Assembly (NCBI GenBank): GCA_963676395.1
Contig: OY781066.1
Span: forward strand, 320,001-384,000
Direction of reading: 5' to 3'
DNA length: 64,000 nt
From: a bacterium
GTDB lineage: Bacteria; Fidelibacterota; Fidelibacteria; Fidelibacterales; Fidelibacteraceae
Below the pieces are notes generated by a model. The model worked only from the letters and a program-made list of their open reading frames with translations, ran no database searches and was not told the DNA's origin. Numbering within the stretch: the stretch's first letter is position 1; each line of letters opens with the position of its first letter. This document shows positions 31,649 through 40,928 of the stretch, piece by piece. Position numbers and translations under genes: made by a program.

Positions 31649-32127
31649 TTCTCCTCTTCACAATCAATAGGATGTACGGTCCAATCGTTTTCGGGTATCC
31701 ATTCTTTCACTTCGCCGTCTGGGGTTAACAATACGACGCGTTTTATATTGGCATTTGCGATCTGAGCTTTACATTGATAACAAACAAATTCATGCCCGCA
31801 AATATAAATTGTTGAATTATGTGTTGCATGCCCATTCCTGGCAGCTAAAGCAATAGCATTCGATTCAGCGTGTGAACCAACCGCACGACAACGCTCCAAT
31901 TGAGTCCCGGATTTAATATTATGCCTATCACGATAACAGAACCCGATCTCTATACAATTCTTCTGATATTGAGGAGAGCCGTTATAACCCGTTGATATAA
32001 TATCTTTATTGTTAACAATAACCGCACCTACTTGCCTTCTAAGACATGACGATCGGGTTGCCACAACTTTTGCAATATTCAAAAAATATTCGTCCCATTT
32101 GGGTCTTTTGATCATATACTCACTCAA
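31636..32127 (-). CDS. dCMP deaminase (ComEB-like)
   Basis: RPKWDEYF, RSSC.RR.VGAV, GYNG, HAE and CxxC. Confidence 0.9.
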   Translation of the reverse strand: MSEYMIKRPKWDEYFLNIAKVVATRSSCLRRQVGAVIVNNKDIISTGYNGSPQYQKNCIEIGFCYRDRHNIKSGTQLERCRAVGSHAESNAIALAARNGHATHNSTIYICGHEFVCYQCKAQIANANIKRVVLLTPDGEVKEWIPENDWTVHPIDCEEEKCTC

Positions 32128-33011
32128 AATTCGATTTCATCAAAGTCATATGAAATATGAGCATTTTTAAAATATTTATCAACTGCTTTCTCATATATAT
32201 TAAGGTCTTTATAGCGCTCAGAAAAATGGGTTAACACCAATTTCCCGACTTCATTATCCCGAGCGTATATTGCAGCGCGTTCTGCCGTCATATGATTAAA
32301 TTTATCGGCAAGATCACGTTCTGTATCCAAATACGTCGCTTCCATCAGCACGACATCGGCATTCCTGATCAAAGCAGGAATATTAGCGCAAATACCGGTA
32401 TCTAGCGCATAAGCAAATACCTTTTCCTTAGTTAGATAACTGATCTCTTCACGCTTGATCTTTTTACCTTTATGCTCAATTTCCCCTTCTTTTTCCAGTT
32501 TACCAAGAATGGGACCACTCAGACCTAACTGAATCAATTTTTCTTTATCAAAACGCCATTGGGGTAAAAGTGAAAATCGATATCCAAGTGTTGGAGTTGA
32601 ATGCAATAAATCAAATGCCTCAACCTTATATTCCGCAGTCTCTTCTACGATACCCACCTGCAAGGGATGAAAGTGAAAATCAATCCGTGAAGTAAATTTC
32701 GAGCTACTAACCAAGTTTTGTAAAAACAGTTCACCCTCTGCAGGATAATAAACATGTACGTCATGTTCAACTTGCATCAAATTTAAACGCTGTAATATAC
32801 CCGGCAATCCCAAACAATGGTCACCATGAAAATGAGAAATGAAAATTTTATGAATTTTTCCGGGTGATATACCTGCAAACGTAAATTGACGTTGAGCTCC
32901 CTCGCCGGGATCAAAAAGAATACCTCCAAACGGCCAATTCAAAAAGTAAGCGTTCTGAGAACGAGTTTTAGTGGGTAATTGCCCTGCGGTACCTAGGATT
33001 GTGAGCTTCAT
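32124..33011 (-). CDS. rnz: Ribonuclease Z
   Basis: LGT, DPGEG, SHFHGDH, exosite GP..GKL, EATY and THFS.RY. Confidence 0.93.
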   Translation of the reverse strand: MKLTILGTAGQLPTKTRSQNAYFLNWPFGGILFDPGEGAQRQFTFAGISPGKIHKIFISHFHGDHCLGLPGILQRLNLMQVEHDVHVYYPAEGELFLQNLVSSSKFTSRIDFHFHPLQVGIVEETAEYKVEAFDLLHSTPTLGYRFSLLPQWRFDKEKLIQLGLSGPILGKLEKEGEIEHKGKKIKREEISYLTKEKVFAYALDTGICANIPALIRNADVVLMEATYLDTERDLADKFNHMTAERAAIYARDNEVGKLVLTHFSERYKDLNIYEKAVDKYFKNAHISYDFDEIEF

Positions 33012-33080
33012 GGTCTAAAATAGGTTAAAATCATAAAAATGCCAAAATCAATCTAACCGATAATCAATGATCATTTTTAC

Positions 33081-33139
33081 CTACTTCCTACCACTCACCA
33101 CTCACTACTTACTACTTACTACTCACTACTCACTTCTCC
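33081..33139. repeat. 7-bp tandem repeat CYACTYA, about 8 units
   Basis: CCACTCA CCACTCA CTACTTA CTACTTA CTACTCA CTACTCA plus degenerate flanks. Confidence 0.85.
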
Positions 33140-34008
33140 TATATCAAACTCAACACAATAGAATTTAATTTTTCACTCGGTCTATCTGATCTGGATAATA
33201 GAATAAGCGGAACCTTTGCTCCCATAATAATTCCGCCAACAGGAGCATGTTGTAATTCTATCATAGATTTTAACAAAAAATTACATACCGTAATTTCAGG
33301 GAACACAATAACATCCACATCACCTGAGATCTTTGAATCAATATTCTTTTTGAGAGCTGCTTCTTTATTCAATATCACGTCAATTGCAATAGGACCTTCA
33401 GCCAAGTATCCCTTTTCAGAGAATTCCTCAGCAAGTGTTCGAGCTTCAATCGTTTCAGGCATTCTAGGATTTAATTTTTCAACGACCGCAGCAAAGGCGA
33501 CCTTAGGTTTTTCTTGTAAAACTTTTTCAGCCAATTCGATAACATTTTTCGTGATCGCTCTTTTCTTATCAAGATCGGGTTTTATATTTAAAGCCCCATC
33601 TGTCAGGAAAAGCAGTTTATGGTAACCCGGACTGTCACATACGGCAACATGCGATAAGGTTGCTCCTTTTCGTAATCCTTTCTCATGGTCCAATACCGGC
33701 GACAAATATTCCGCGGTAGAAATATCTCCCTTCATCAAAGCGTCTCCACAACCTTTTCTCACATCGGCGATCGCGCTCCATACCGCTTTCTCAGGATCTT
33801 TACATTCTATATATTCGGCACTTCTCAGGCCACTTTCATCGGCAAGTGCTTTCATAGTTTCCACATGACCATACAATCGTGCCTTAATAAATCCTTCTTT
33901 ATCGGCAGCCGCAAGAGCTTGAAATATTGAGGGAGAATTAGGAAATACCACATTCAATGTTTTTGATTGTTCAACATTGATCCGCTTGTAGATATCACTA
34001 TACTTCAT
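33139..34008 (-). CDS. ptb: Phosphate butyryl/acyltransferase
   Basis: DALMKG, LSHV, TDGALNI.P, GPIAID and VPLILLSRSD; adjacent to buk. Confidence 0.9.
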   Translation of the reverse strand: MKYSDIYKRINVEQSKTLNVVFPNSPSIFQALAAADKEGFIKARLYGHVETMKALADESGLRSAEYIECKDPEKAVWSAIADVRKGCGDALMKGDISTAEYLSPVLDHEKGLRKGATLSHVAVCDSPGYHKLLFLTDGALNIKPDLDKKRAITKNVIELAEKVLQEKPKVAFAAVVEKLNPRMPETIEARTLAEEFSEKGYLAEGPIAIDVILNKEAALKKNIDSKISGDVDVIVFPEITVCNFLLKSMIELQHAPVGGIIMGAKVPLILLSRSDRPSEKLNSIVLSLI

Positions 34009-34020
34009 TTCACCTCCATA

Positions 34021-35079
34021 TCAATATTCATATATCTTCATTTTCTTGTCTAAAATTCTAAATCCACCATCCCTCATAGCTTCCAGTTCATTTTCTCCCG
34101 GACTCACTTCTATTTGAAACTGACCACCTAAATGCTTTCTCAATTTGCTCATAGCATATTCACCGTGAGCAATACCACCGGTAAAGATGACAGCTTTGAC
34201 ATTAAAATCTAAAACTGCCGCCATAGCACCAACTTCTTTACTTACTTGATAGAACATTGCATCCAAAATGAGCTTAGCTTCTTTGTCACCATTTTTAATT
34301 CGTTTCACAACCTCACGAACATCATTGGTACCTAAATAACCTTTTAAACCACTTTCTCTGCAAAATAATCTTTTAATCTCTTCTTCTTTCATACCCTTCT
34401 TAAATACCAGATCAAGAACACTACCCAAAGGTAAGGCTCCGGCTCGCTCGGGAGAGAATGGTCCCATACCTAAAAGCGCATTATTTACATCAATAATTTG
34501 ATCATTACACATAGCGCAGACGGTAATTCCGCCCCCCATATGAGCAACAATGAAATTTTCATTCTCTATATCCCAACCCTTTTCTTCACAGATCCTGTGG
34601 GTCGTTGCTTTGATATTAAGTGTATGAAGCAAACTCTTTCGTTCAATACCGGGAACCCCCGATATTCTTGCAATTCGCCACATTTCATCTACAACCACCG
34701 GATCAATGATATACGCAGGTGCATTGAATTTTTCTCCAAAATATTTAGCTAAGGGTGCACCTAAATTTGATGCATGACTACCATACTTAGCAATTTTCAG
34801 ATCATCGATCATATTATCGCAAACAGGATAAGCTCCACTTTTCATAGGGCGCAATATCCCACCACGGCCAATAACAATATCAATATTATCGATGTAATGA
34901 TTTTTTAATTCATCAATAATTTGCTTCTTTCTAAAAGGGAACTCCTCATAAACATTTCCTTTAGAAATATGCTCTTCACTCATTGATACCGATAGTTCGA
35001 ATTCCATTTTTTCACGATTAAATACAGCCATCTTGGTACTCGTGGAACCTGGGTTAATCGCCAAAACGCGTTCTGACAT
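34021..35079 (-). CDS. buk: Butyrate kinase
   Basis: INPGSTSTK, GRGG, HASNLG, DPVVVDE, HMGGG and GPFSPER. Confidence 0.95.
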   Translation of the reverse strand: MSERVLAINPGSTSTKMAVFNREKMEFELSVSMSEEHISKGNVYEEFPFRKKQIIDELKNHYIDNIDIVIGRGGILRPMKSGAYPVCDNMIDDLKIAKYGSHASNLGAPLAKYFGEKFNAPAYIIDPVVVDEMWRIARISGVPGIERKSLLHTLNIKATTHRICEEKGWDIENENFIVAHMGGGITVCAMCNDQIIDVNNALLGMGPFSPERAGALPLGSVLDLVFKKGMKEEEIKRLFCRESGLKGYLGTNDVREVVKRIKNGDKEAKLILDAMFYQVSKEVGAMAAVLDFNVKAVIFTGGIAHGEYAMSKLRKHLGGQFQIEVSPGENELEAMRDGGFRILDKKMKIYEY

Positions 35080-35181
35080 TTTCTCTCCTACTAATGTTTA
35101 GTAATACCTTACCTGCAAGATACAAATTTTATGTTTGAATTTCAAAATTTTTTCTTATATTGGCAGGCAATTTGAAGAAAC

Positions 35182-35254
<73 letters not shown>

Positions 35255-35324
35255 CTAGCCCTTTCCCGGGGCTTCGCCTGGCAGATAACTGCTAAACGGA
35301 GACTTGGGTAAGAAATAAGAACCT

Positions 35325-35345
35325 ACCCGCCAATGGCGGGTTTTT
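35325..35345 (+). terminator. Intrinsic terminator of the tRNA transcript
   Basis: ACCCGCC-AAT-GGCGGGT followed by TTTT. Confidence 0.85.
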
Positions 35346-35368
35346 ATTTTATATTCGTTTTATCGCTT

Positions 35369-35399
35369 ATGTAGAGCTGTAAATCTTATGCCTCTACAT
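35369..35399. repeat. GTAG-type REP-like palindrome (degenerate)
   Basis: ATGTAGAG-N15-CTCTACAT. Confidence 0.45.
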
Positions 35400-35554
35400 T
35401 AAAGTAAGCATTACAATTTAATCTTACGCATTCTCCCTTGTCCTTTTAACTCACAATGTAAACATTACAGGATGATTCCTAATTGTTTATTTTGATTTAA
35501 AGCAATTAATATGTATTTTTGATTACAATATTAAAGATAAAGGGGATTTCGCAT

Positions 35555-36022
35555 ATGAACGACAATGCTATATTAAATTCCGAGAAACTTGAAACCCTAA
35601 CTCCCGAAACAGTACGAAAACTTTGGTCGAAAACCTACAACACTGATGGCAAACCGGATTGGTCACATATTTTTCCATATTATGCAGATAACATTATTTT
35701 TCAAGATTCAATTCAGCGTGTTGAAGGAAAAGAAGACTTTCTCGGTGTTTGCAATCGCCTAACTGAAAGATGCCAAGAATTACAAATGGAACTTTTAACC
35801 GTTGCCCAAAGTGAAAATGTCATCATTTTTGATTGGGTAATGACCATGGTATTTAAAAAATTTCCCAGTACACCAATGTATGGATCAAGCAAATTAACAC
35901 TTGATGAAAATGGAATGATCAAAGAACAAAGAGATTACTATGACCTATGGGGAGATATTTTTAATAATATTCCTCGTTTCAATAAGATGTACAGACGATT
36001 CATGAAACGTAAATTCGGGTAA
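35555..36022 (+). CDS. NTF2/SnoaL-like protein
   Basis: Y...I.FQDS...VEG, W.M and G.I..QRDYYD pattern. ATG at 35555 preferred. Confidence 0.85.
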   Translation: MNDNAILNSEKLETLTPETVRKLWSKTYNTDGKPDWSHIFPYYADNIIFQDSIQRVEGKEDFLGVCNRLTERCQELQMELLTVAQSENVIIFDWVMTMVFKKFPSTPMYGSSKLTLDENGMIKEQRDYYDLWGDIFNNIPRFNKMYRRFMKRKFG

Positions 36023-36027
36023 ACATC

Positions 36028-36939
36028 ATGGCATTAAAACTTCCAAAAGAACTAGCTTTTTTAGCAAATAACTCGCTTCCACCCAAGAAGTGTACAACAT
36101 CTATGATCGGTAAAACCTGCCTGATCGCCGGAGCAACATCCGGTGTGGGGTATGAAAGTGCACTCGCAATAGCGAAAGCCGGCGCAGATATCATCATTCT
36201 TGCAAGAAATTTACAAAAAGCCGAGAAACTGCTTAATGATATTAAAGAAATCAATTCCAATATCTCTAAAATTTATTTAGCCGATTTCACCAGCATGATC
36301 AGTGTTCGCGAAGCAGTGAGTAAAATAATTAAAGACATCCCAAAGATCGATGTTTTAATCAATTCTGTGGGTATTTTTAATACAAGAAAAGAACTCATAA
36401 ATGACTACGAAAAAAACTTTTACGTCAGCCACCTATCTACCCACCTAATGGTTAAAATGCTGATACCAAAGCTTATAGAATCTGCGCCATCACGTATTAT
36501 TCATGTCAATTCCGAAGGACATCGCTTTGGGGGTTTATGGCTAAATAATTTAAACTGGAAAAATCGACCCTATATCGGTTTAAGAGCTTATGGTGCTGCA
36601 AAAATCGCTCAGATCTATTGCATGAGAGAGATGGACAAAGAACTAAAAAATAGCGGTGTAACCATCAATTGCATGCATCCGGGGGCGGTAAAAACCAACA
36701 TTGGGAACAACAATGGTTTTTTATATAGGTTTTGGCTGCATAAAGTGATGTGGTTAACCATGAAAACCCCCGATATTTCCGGAGCGGCAATATATTATCT
36801 TGCTGCTGCTCCCGAAATGGAAGGGAAAAGCGGTAAATTCTATAATTTAACTACCGAAGAAGCTCTGGCTCCCTACGTTATAAACGATACAAAACAAAAA
36901 AAAACATATAGAATAAGCAACAAAATTATCGAGTTTTAA
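36028..36939 (+). CDS. Short-chain dehydrogenase/reductase (retinol dehydrogenase-like subgroup)
   Basis: AGATSGVG, YGAAK and HPGAV.T. Confidence 0.9.
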   Translation: MALKLPKELAFLANNSLPPKKCTTSMIGKTCLIAGATSGVGYESALAIAKAGADIIILARNLQKAEKLLNDIKEINSNISKIYLADFTSMISVREAVSKIIKDIPKIDVLINSVGIFNTRKELINDYEKNFYVSHLSTHLMVKMLIPKLIESAPSRIIHVNSEGHRFGGLWLNNLNWKNRPYIGLRAYGAAKIAQIYCMREMDKELKNSGVTINCMHPGAVKTNIGNNNGFLYRFWLHKVMWLTMKTPDISGAAIYYLAAAPEMEGKSGKFYNLTTEEALAPYVINDTKQKKTYRISNKIIEF

Positions 36940-36952
36940 TCTAGGATTATTG

Positions 36953-38593
36953 ATGAATAAAAAACAATTTATTGTCGTAGGTGCCGGCATGGCAGGATTA
37001 ACTGCGGCCGTTTATTTAGCTAAAGCCGGATACGATGTAACCATCTTTGAAAAATCCACCCGCACAGGTGGACTTGTTAATTCTTTCGAAAAAAATGGTT
37101 TTACTTATGATGGAGGTATCAGATCAATTGAAGATTCAGGTATCGTATTCCCATTTATAAAAGACCTTGGCTTAGATATTGAATTTGTCAAAAGCCAAGT
37201 ATCTTTGGGTATTGAAACAGATGTGATCAGATTAAAAGATCTTAGCAGTCTTGAAGAATATGAAGTTTATTTACGTCGTAATTTCCCATACGCTCACCCC
37301 GAAATAGACCGCGTAATGAAGGTCATAAAAAAAGTGATATCTTACATGGATATACTCTATGGTATTGAGAATCCAATCTTCCATGATATTGCTAGAGATC
37401 CGGAGTATGCAACTAAGGTTATTCTCCCCTGGATGCTAAAATATGTTCGAGTTATGCGTAAGATTTTAAAAATGCATGATCCTGTTGAAGAATACATTCT
37501 TAAATATTCCCAGAACCAGCAACTAAATGATAATATTTGTCAGCATTTCTTCAGAGAAACACCTGCCTTTTTTGCATTATCTTACTTTTCACTGTATTTG
37601 GATTATTATTATCCCAAAGGAGGTACAGGTATTATTCCGGCAAAAATTGAAGAGCATGCAAGATCATTAGGAGTAAACTTCAAACTAAATACGGGTATAA
37701 CTACACTGGATCCGGATAAAAAGATCGTGATCGATGAAAAAGGGAATGAATATTCTTATGAACAAATTATTTGGGCCGCAAATTTAAAAAGTATGTATGA
37801 TGGGATCTCAGCTAATAAGATCCAAAACAAAAAAACCCGTAAAAAGGTTCTTAAAATTAAAGAGAACATGGAAAATCTGCGTGGTGGAGAATCGGTTTTT
37901 ACTCTTTATATCGCAGTAGACCAAAGCCCACAATATTATAAAAATATTTGTTCAGAGCATTTTTTCTTTACTCCCGAGAAAACCGGATTATCAACTGTTG
38001 ACAGAACTGCTATAGACAGTATTCTTGCTTCAAATTCTCAAGAGAACAATGAACATTTTAAAGAAGAGATTAAAAATTATCTTAAAATTTTCTATGAAAG
38101 GAATACTTTTGAGATATCAGCACCGGCAATGAGAGATCCCAACTTAGCTCCCAAGGGTAAAACGGCATTTATTATTTCTTGTTTATTCGATTATAAACTC
38201 ACCAAATATATCAAAGATATGGGGTGGTATGACGAATTCAAGCAATACAGTGAAGAAATAATAACAAACAAACTTGATAGTACCATTTTCCCAGGACTTA
38301 AAAAGAAAATTATAGATCAATTTTCATCTACTCCGCTCACCATGGAACGATATACCTCAAACCTTCATGGGGCGCTGACCGGCTGGGCTTTTAACGAACA
38401 AGATATTCCCGTCCCTCATCAAGTAAATCAAATGTTCTCTGCTGTTGAAAATGATATTCCCGGAATTTATCAGGCCGGTCAATGGTCATACTCACCCGCC
38501 GGATTACCTATTTCGATATTTACAGGCAAACGTGCAGCCGATCAAATCATTAAAGATGAGAACAAAAAAAACAAACGTAAAAAAATCAAATAA
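36953..38593 (+). CDS. FAD-dependent oxidoreductase, phytoene desaturase/retinol saturase-like
   Basis: VVGAGMAG, FEK....GG, YPKGG, DP.LAP.GK, TPLT..RYT and GQW. Confidence 0.88.
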   Translation: MNKKQFIVVGAGMAGLTAAVYLAKAGYDVTIFEKSTRTGGLVNSFEKNGFTYDGGIRSIEDSGIVFPFIKDLGLDIEFVKSQVSLGIETDVIRLKDLSSLEEYEVYLRRNFPYAHPEIDRVMKVIKKVISYMDILYGIENPIFHDIARDPEYATKVILPWMLKYVRVMRKILKMHDPVEEYILKYSQNQQLNDNICQHFFRETPAFFALSYFSLYLDYYYPKGGTGIIPAKIEEHARSLGVNFKLNTGITTLDPDKKIVIDEKGNEYSYEQIIWAANLKSMYDGISANKIQNKKTRKKVLKIKENMENLRGGESVFTLYIAVDQSPQYYKNICSEHFFFTPEKTGLSTVDRTAIDSILASNSQENNEHFKEEIKNYLKIFYERNTFEISAPAMRDPNLAPKGKTAFIISCLFDYKLTKYIKDMGWYDEFKQYSEEIITNKLDSTIFPGLKKKIIDQFSSTPLTMERYTSNLHGALTGWAFNEQDIPVPHQVNQMFSAVENDIPGIYQAGQWSYSPAGLPISIFTGKRAADQIIKDENKKNKRKKIK

Positions 38594-38618
38594 TTATTTT
38601 TTATGTAGCTCTAAAAAC

Positions 38619-38651
38619 AAAAGGAGGTTCCCTTTCAGGATCCTCCTTTTT
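38619..38651. terminator. Bidirectional terminator
   Basis: AAAAGGAGG...CCTCCTTTTT between convergent operons. Confidence 0.8.
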
Positions 38652-38721
38652 ATTTTCCATTGATAATTATAAAATTGTCTTTTGCTTACCCCACGGAATT
38701 CACCAGGAGAGTATCGTGGAG

Positions 38722-39396
38722 TTAATCGTCAATTGATGACTCTTCATCAACTTGACGTTTCACTCTTGCAGGAATTACAAAGATCATCAGTATCAACGAT
38801 ACAACCAGAGGAATATAAAAATATAATGCTCCCGGACGATCACCTAAAATCACTGCGGCAATGATACAAAGCCCGGAGATAACCATAAGCTTGCCACTCT
38901 TGTTATGAACACGATTCCAAACTTCTTCATTATTTAAAGTTGCAGGTACACGTATACCAACCCATTTAGAATAAGGTAGTTTTCCCATTTGGTTACCCAG
39001 CAATACAAATACTATACCCAATCCCAAATGAATAAGTTGAAGATTAAATCCACTTTTACCAAGATTCAAAGCTGAACTCAAAGCAACCCAATTTATAAAC
39101 GTCATTAGAGCAGCTATAAGTATGATCACAAAGCGAGTAGTTTTAATTTCACGATCATTATACATCTTACGAGACATTCCAATCGTCGCTGTCATGATTA
39201 ACAAGATCACGGCCGGACCGATCAAGCAAGCGATCCAAGGTGGAGCGAAATTATCCGGTTCATTATTTATATTCCAGTGAATAGGAACCTCAACTATATC
39301 ACTTTGTTTGAACTCAGAAAAGAAGTAGATCGAAATAAACGTTGAAACAACCAACAAAATTGCCAACACAATCAATTCTCTTTTAAACTTATTCAT
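38722..39396 (-). CDS. SdpI-family immunity membrane protein (DUF1648 + SdpI)
   Basis: VPIHWN...EPD and LGN...K.....GIR.P.TL..EEVW...H. Confidence 0.88.
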   Translation of the reverse strand: MNKFKRELIVLAILLVVSTFISIYFFSEFKQSDIVEVPIHWNINNEPDNFAPPWIACLIGPAVILLIMTATIGMSRKMYNDREIKTTRFVIILIAALMTFINWVALSSALNLGKSGFNLQLIHLGLGIVFVLLGNQMGKLPYSKWVGIRVPATLNNEEVWNRVHNKSGKLMVISGLCIIAAVILGDRPGALYFYIPLVVSLILMIFVIPARVKRQVDEESSIDD

Positions 39397-39400
39397 TTTC

Positions 39401-40501
39401 TTACCTCGATACTTCAATGTAAGATTTAATATCGTAATTATTAGTCAAACGAGCACCTACAATAAACATAACAAACATAATGGCAATGCCTAATAGACCT
39501 AAGGGGGCTGCCATCGTTTCTTTCCCCATAAAGCCTGTCAATAAGATCACAGAAGGTACCAGACCGTTAAACCATCCATGACCCACACAGGTTAATATCA
39601 CAGAATTACCTCGAACGTACATATAGTTAAACAGCGTTCCCAAAAAGAACGTGACCAGGATAAACATAAACACACCAGCAACTGTAAAAGAACCATAATT
39701 ATATCCCATAATGATCACCGGTGCATGCCAAAATCCCCAAATGATATTGGTGATAATATTTGCTTTCCAAAATCCCAATGGTAAAAGTTTTTGAAACAGA
39801 TAAGGACGCCATCCATATTCTTCACCAAACATCATGATGATCGGGAAAGTTAAATTAGCTATCAAACCGATTACAATAAATTGGAAAGACCAAAAGAAAA
39901 GAGGATTTGTTGATTCTCCCATAAGGGTTAATCCATTTTGCCCCATATGTGTTAAATGCCAGTCCGGAGCCTTTCCATAAATGACAGCATTGAAAACAAT
40001 GCTCAATCCTACAAAAGCCACTATTACGATCAACATGGATTTGTAATTTTTAAAATTACCAAATCTGAATCCGCTATTTCTAAATCCCTCTGCTGTTACC
40101 AATCTTAAGAAAATGGCCACTAAAGCAGGAAAAATCATCATAATTCCAAAGGCTTGAATAGGAAGATGCTGTTGCGAAACATACACGGCAACTCGTTCTT
40201 CAAGTGTATTGAGATCAATAGGCTCTCCACCTTTACCTAAAACAAATGTAGGGAGCATATCTTCGCTTACTTCCGGATGTATTTCAAGATATCTGGCCAC
40301 AGCATCTTTATCTTGTTTCACTATATCCGAAAATTGTTTAATCGCAGGTAAGTCCGGATCAAGTTTTTTACCTTGCTTATATACAAATCCACAGAGCAAA
40401 AATGTTAAGAAATAAGTCAAAACAACAAACGAAATAACTCGTTTCCAATCTACTTGATTTGCAACAATCAACTTTAAGTTAGCATTACTTTTTTTCTTCA
40501 T
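39401..40501 (-). CDS. CPBP/Abi (CAAX-like) intramembrane metalloprotease
   Basis: GEEYGWR, WGFWH and H...N motifs. Confidence 0.9.
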   Translation of the reverse strand: MKKKSNANLKLIVANQVDWKRVISFVVLTYFLTFLLCGFVYKQGKKLDPDLPAIKQFSDIVKQDKDAVARYLEIHPEVSEDMLPTFVLGKGGEPIDLNTLEERVAVYVSQQHLPIQAFGIMMIFPALVAIFLRLVTAEGFRNSGFRFGNFKNYKSMLIVIVAFVGLSIVFNAVIYGKAPDWHLTHMGQNGLTLMGESTNPLFFWSFQFIVIGLIANLTFPIIMMFGEEYGWRPYLFQKLLPLGFWKANIITNIIWGFWHAPVIIMGYNYGSFTVAGVFMFILVTFFLGTLFNYMYVRGNSVILTCVGHGWFNGLVPSVILLTGFMGKETMAAPLGLLGIAIMFVMFIVGARLTNNYDIKSYIEVSR

Positions 40502-40793
40502 TTTCCTCTTCTCCTTTATCCTTATCGACTACTTTAAGCATATTCATAAACATCATCATTGCCTCTTCAAAAACACTGACACGAAGCGTATAGATCACAT
40601 ATTGACCTTTTTTCTTAGAATCTACGAGTTCTGCTTCTTTTAAGATCTTTAGGTGGAATGTGATCGAGGGTTTAGATATATCAAAATTCTCAGCAATCTC
40701 ACCTGCGCTCATACTCCCCTTCTTTAGTAGCACCAGCATCTTCCGACGGGTCTCATCAGACAGGGCTGCAAACACTTTATTCAAGTTTGACAT
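40485..40793 (-). CDS. SdpR-like ArsR-family autorepressor
   Basis: FAALSDETRR, SAGEIAE.F.ISKPSI..HL and KKGQ...Y; upstream of an SdpI-family gene. Confidence 0.9.
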   Translation of the reverse strand: MSNLNKVFAALSDETRRKMLVLLKKGSMSAGEIAENFDISKPSITFHLKILKEAELVDSKKKGQYVIYTLRVSVFEEAMMMFMNMLKVVDKDKGEEENEEKK

Positions 40794-40810
40794 TCGCTTC
40801 TCCTTTAGAC

Positions 40811-40830
40811 ATTTAGATATTACTCTAATT
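40811..40830. promoter_or_regulatory. Candidate operator of the SdpR-like repressor
   Basis: Imperfect inverted repeat ATTTAGA-N6-TCTAATT just upstream of the RBS. Confidence 0.55.
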
Positions 40831-40928
40831 ATCTTATTAACACAAGCGTTTTCAGATTAAAAAATAATATATACAAAACAGCCTTGGGCTTAATACCAAG
40901 GCTATTTATAATATTTTGTATTGATACT

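Noticed and set aside
35255..35312. HDV-like (theta) ribozyme downstream of the tRNA
   Set aside because: GG-CAG/CTG-CTAA resembles P4 and J4/2, but I could not build P1 and P2 in the required nested order.
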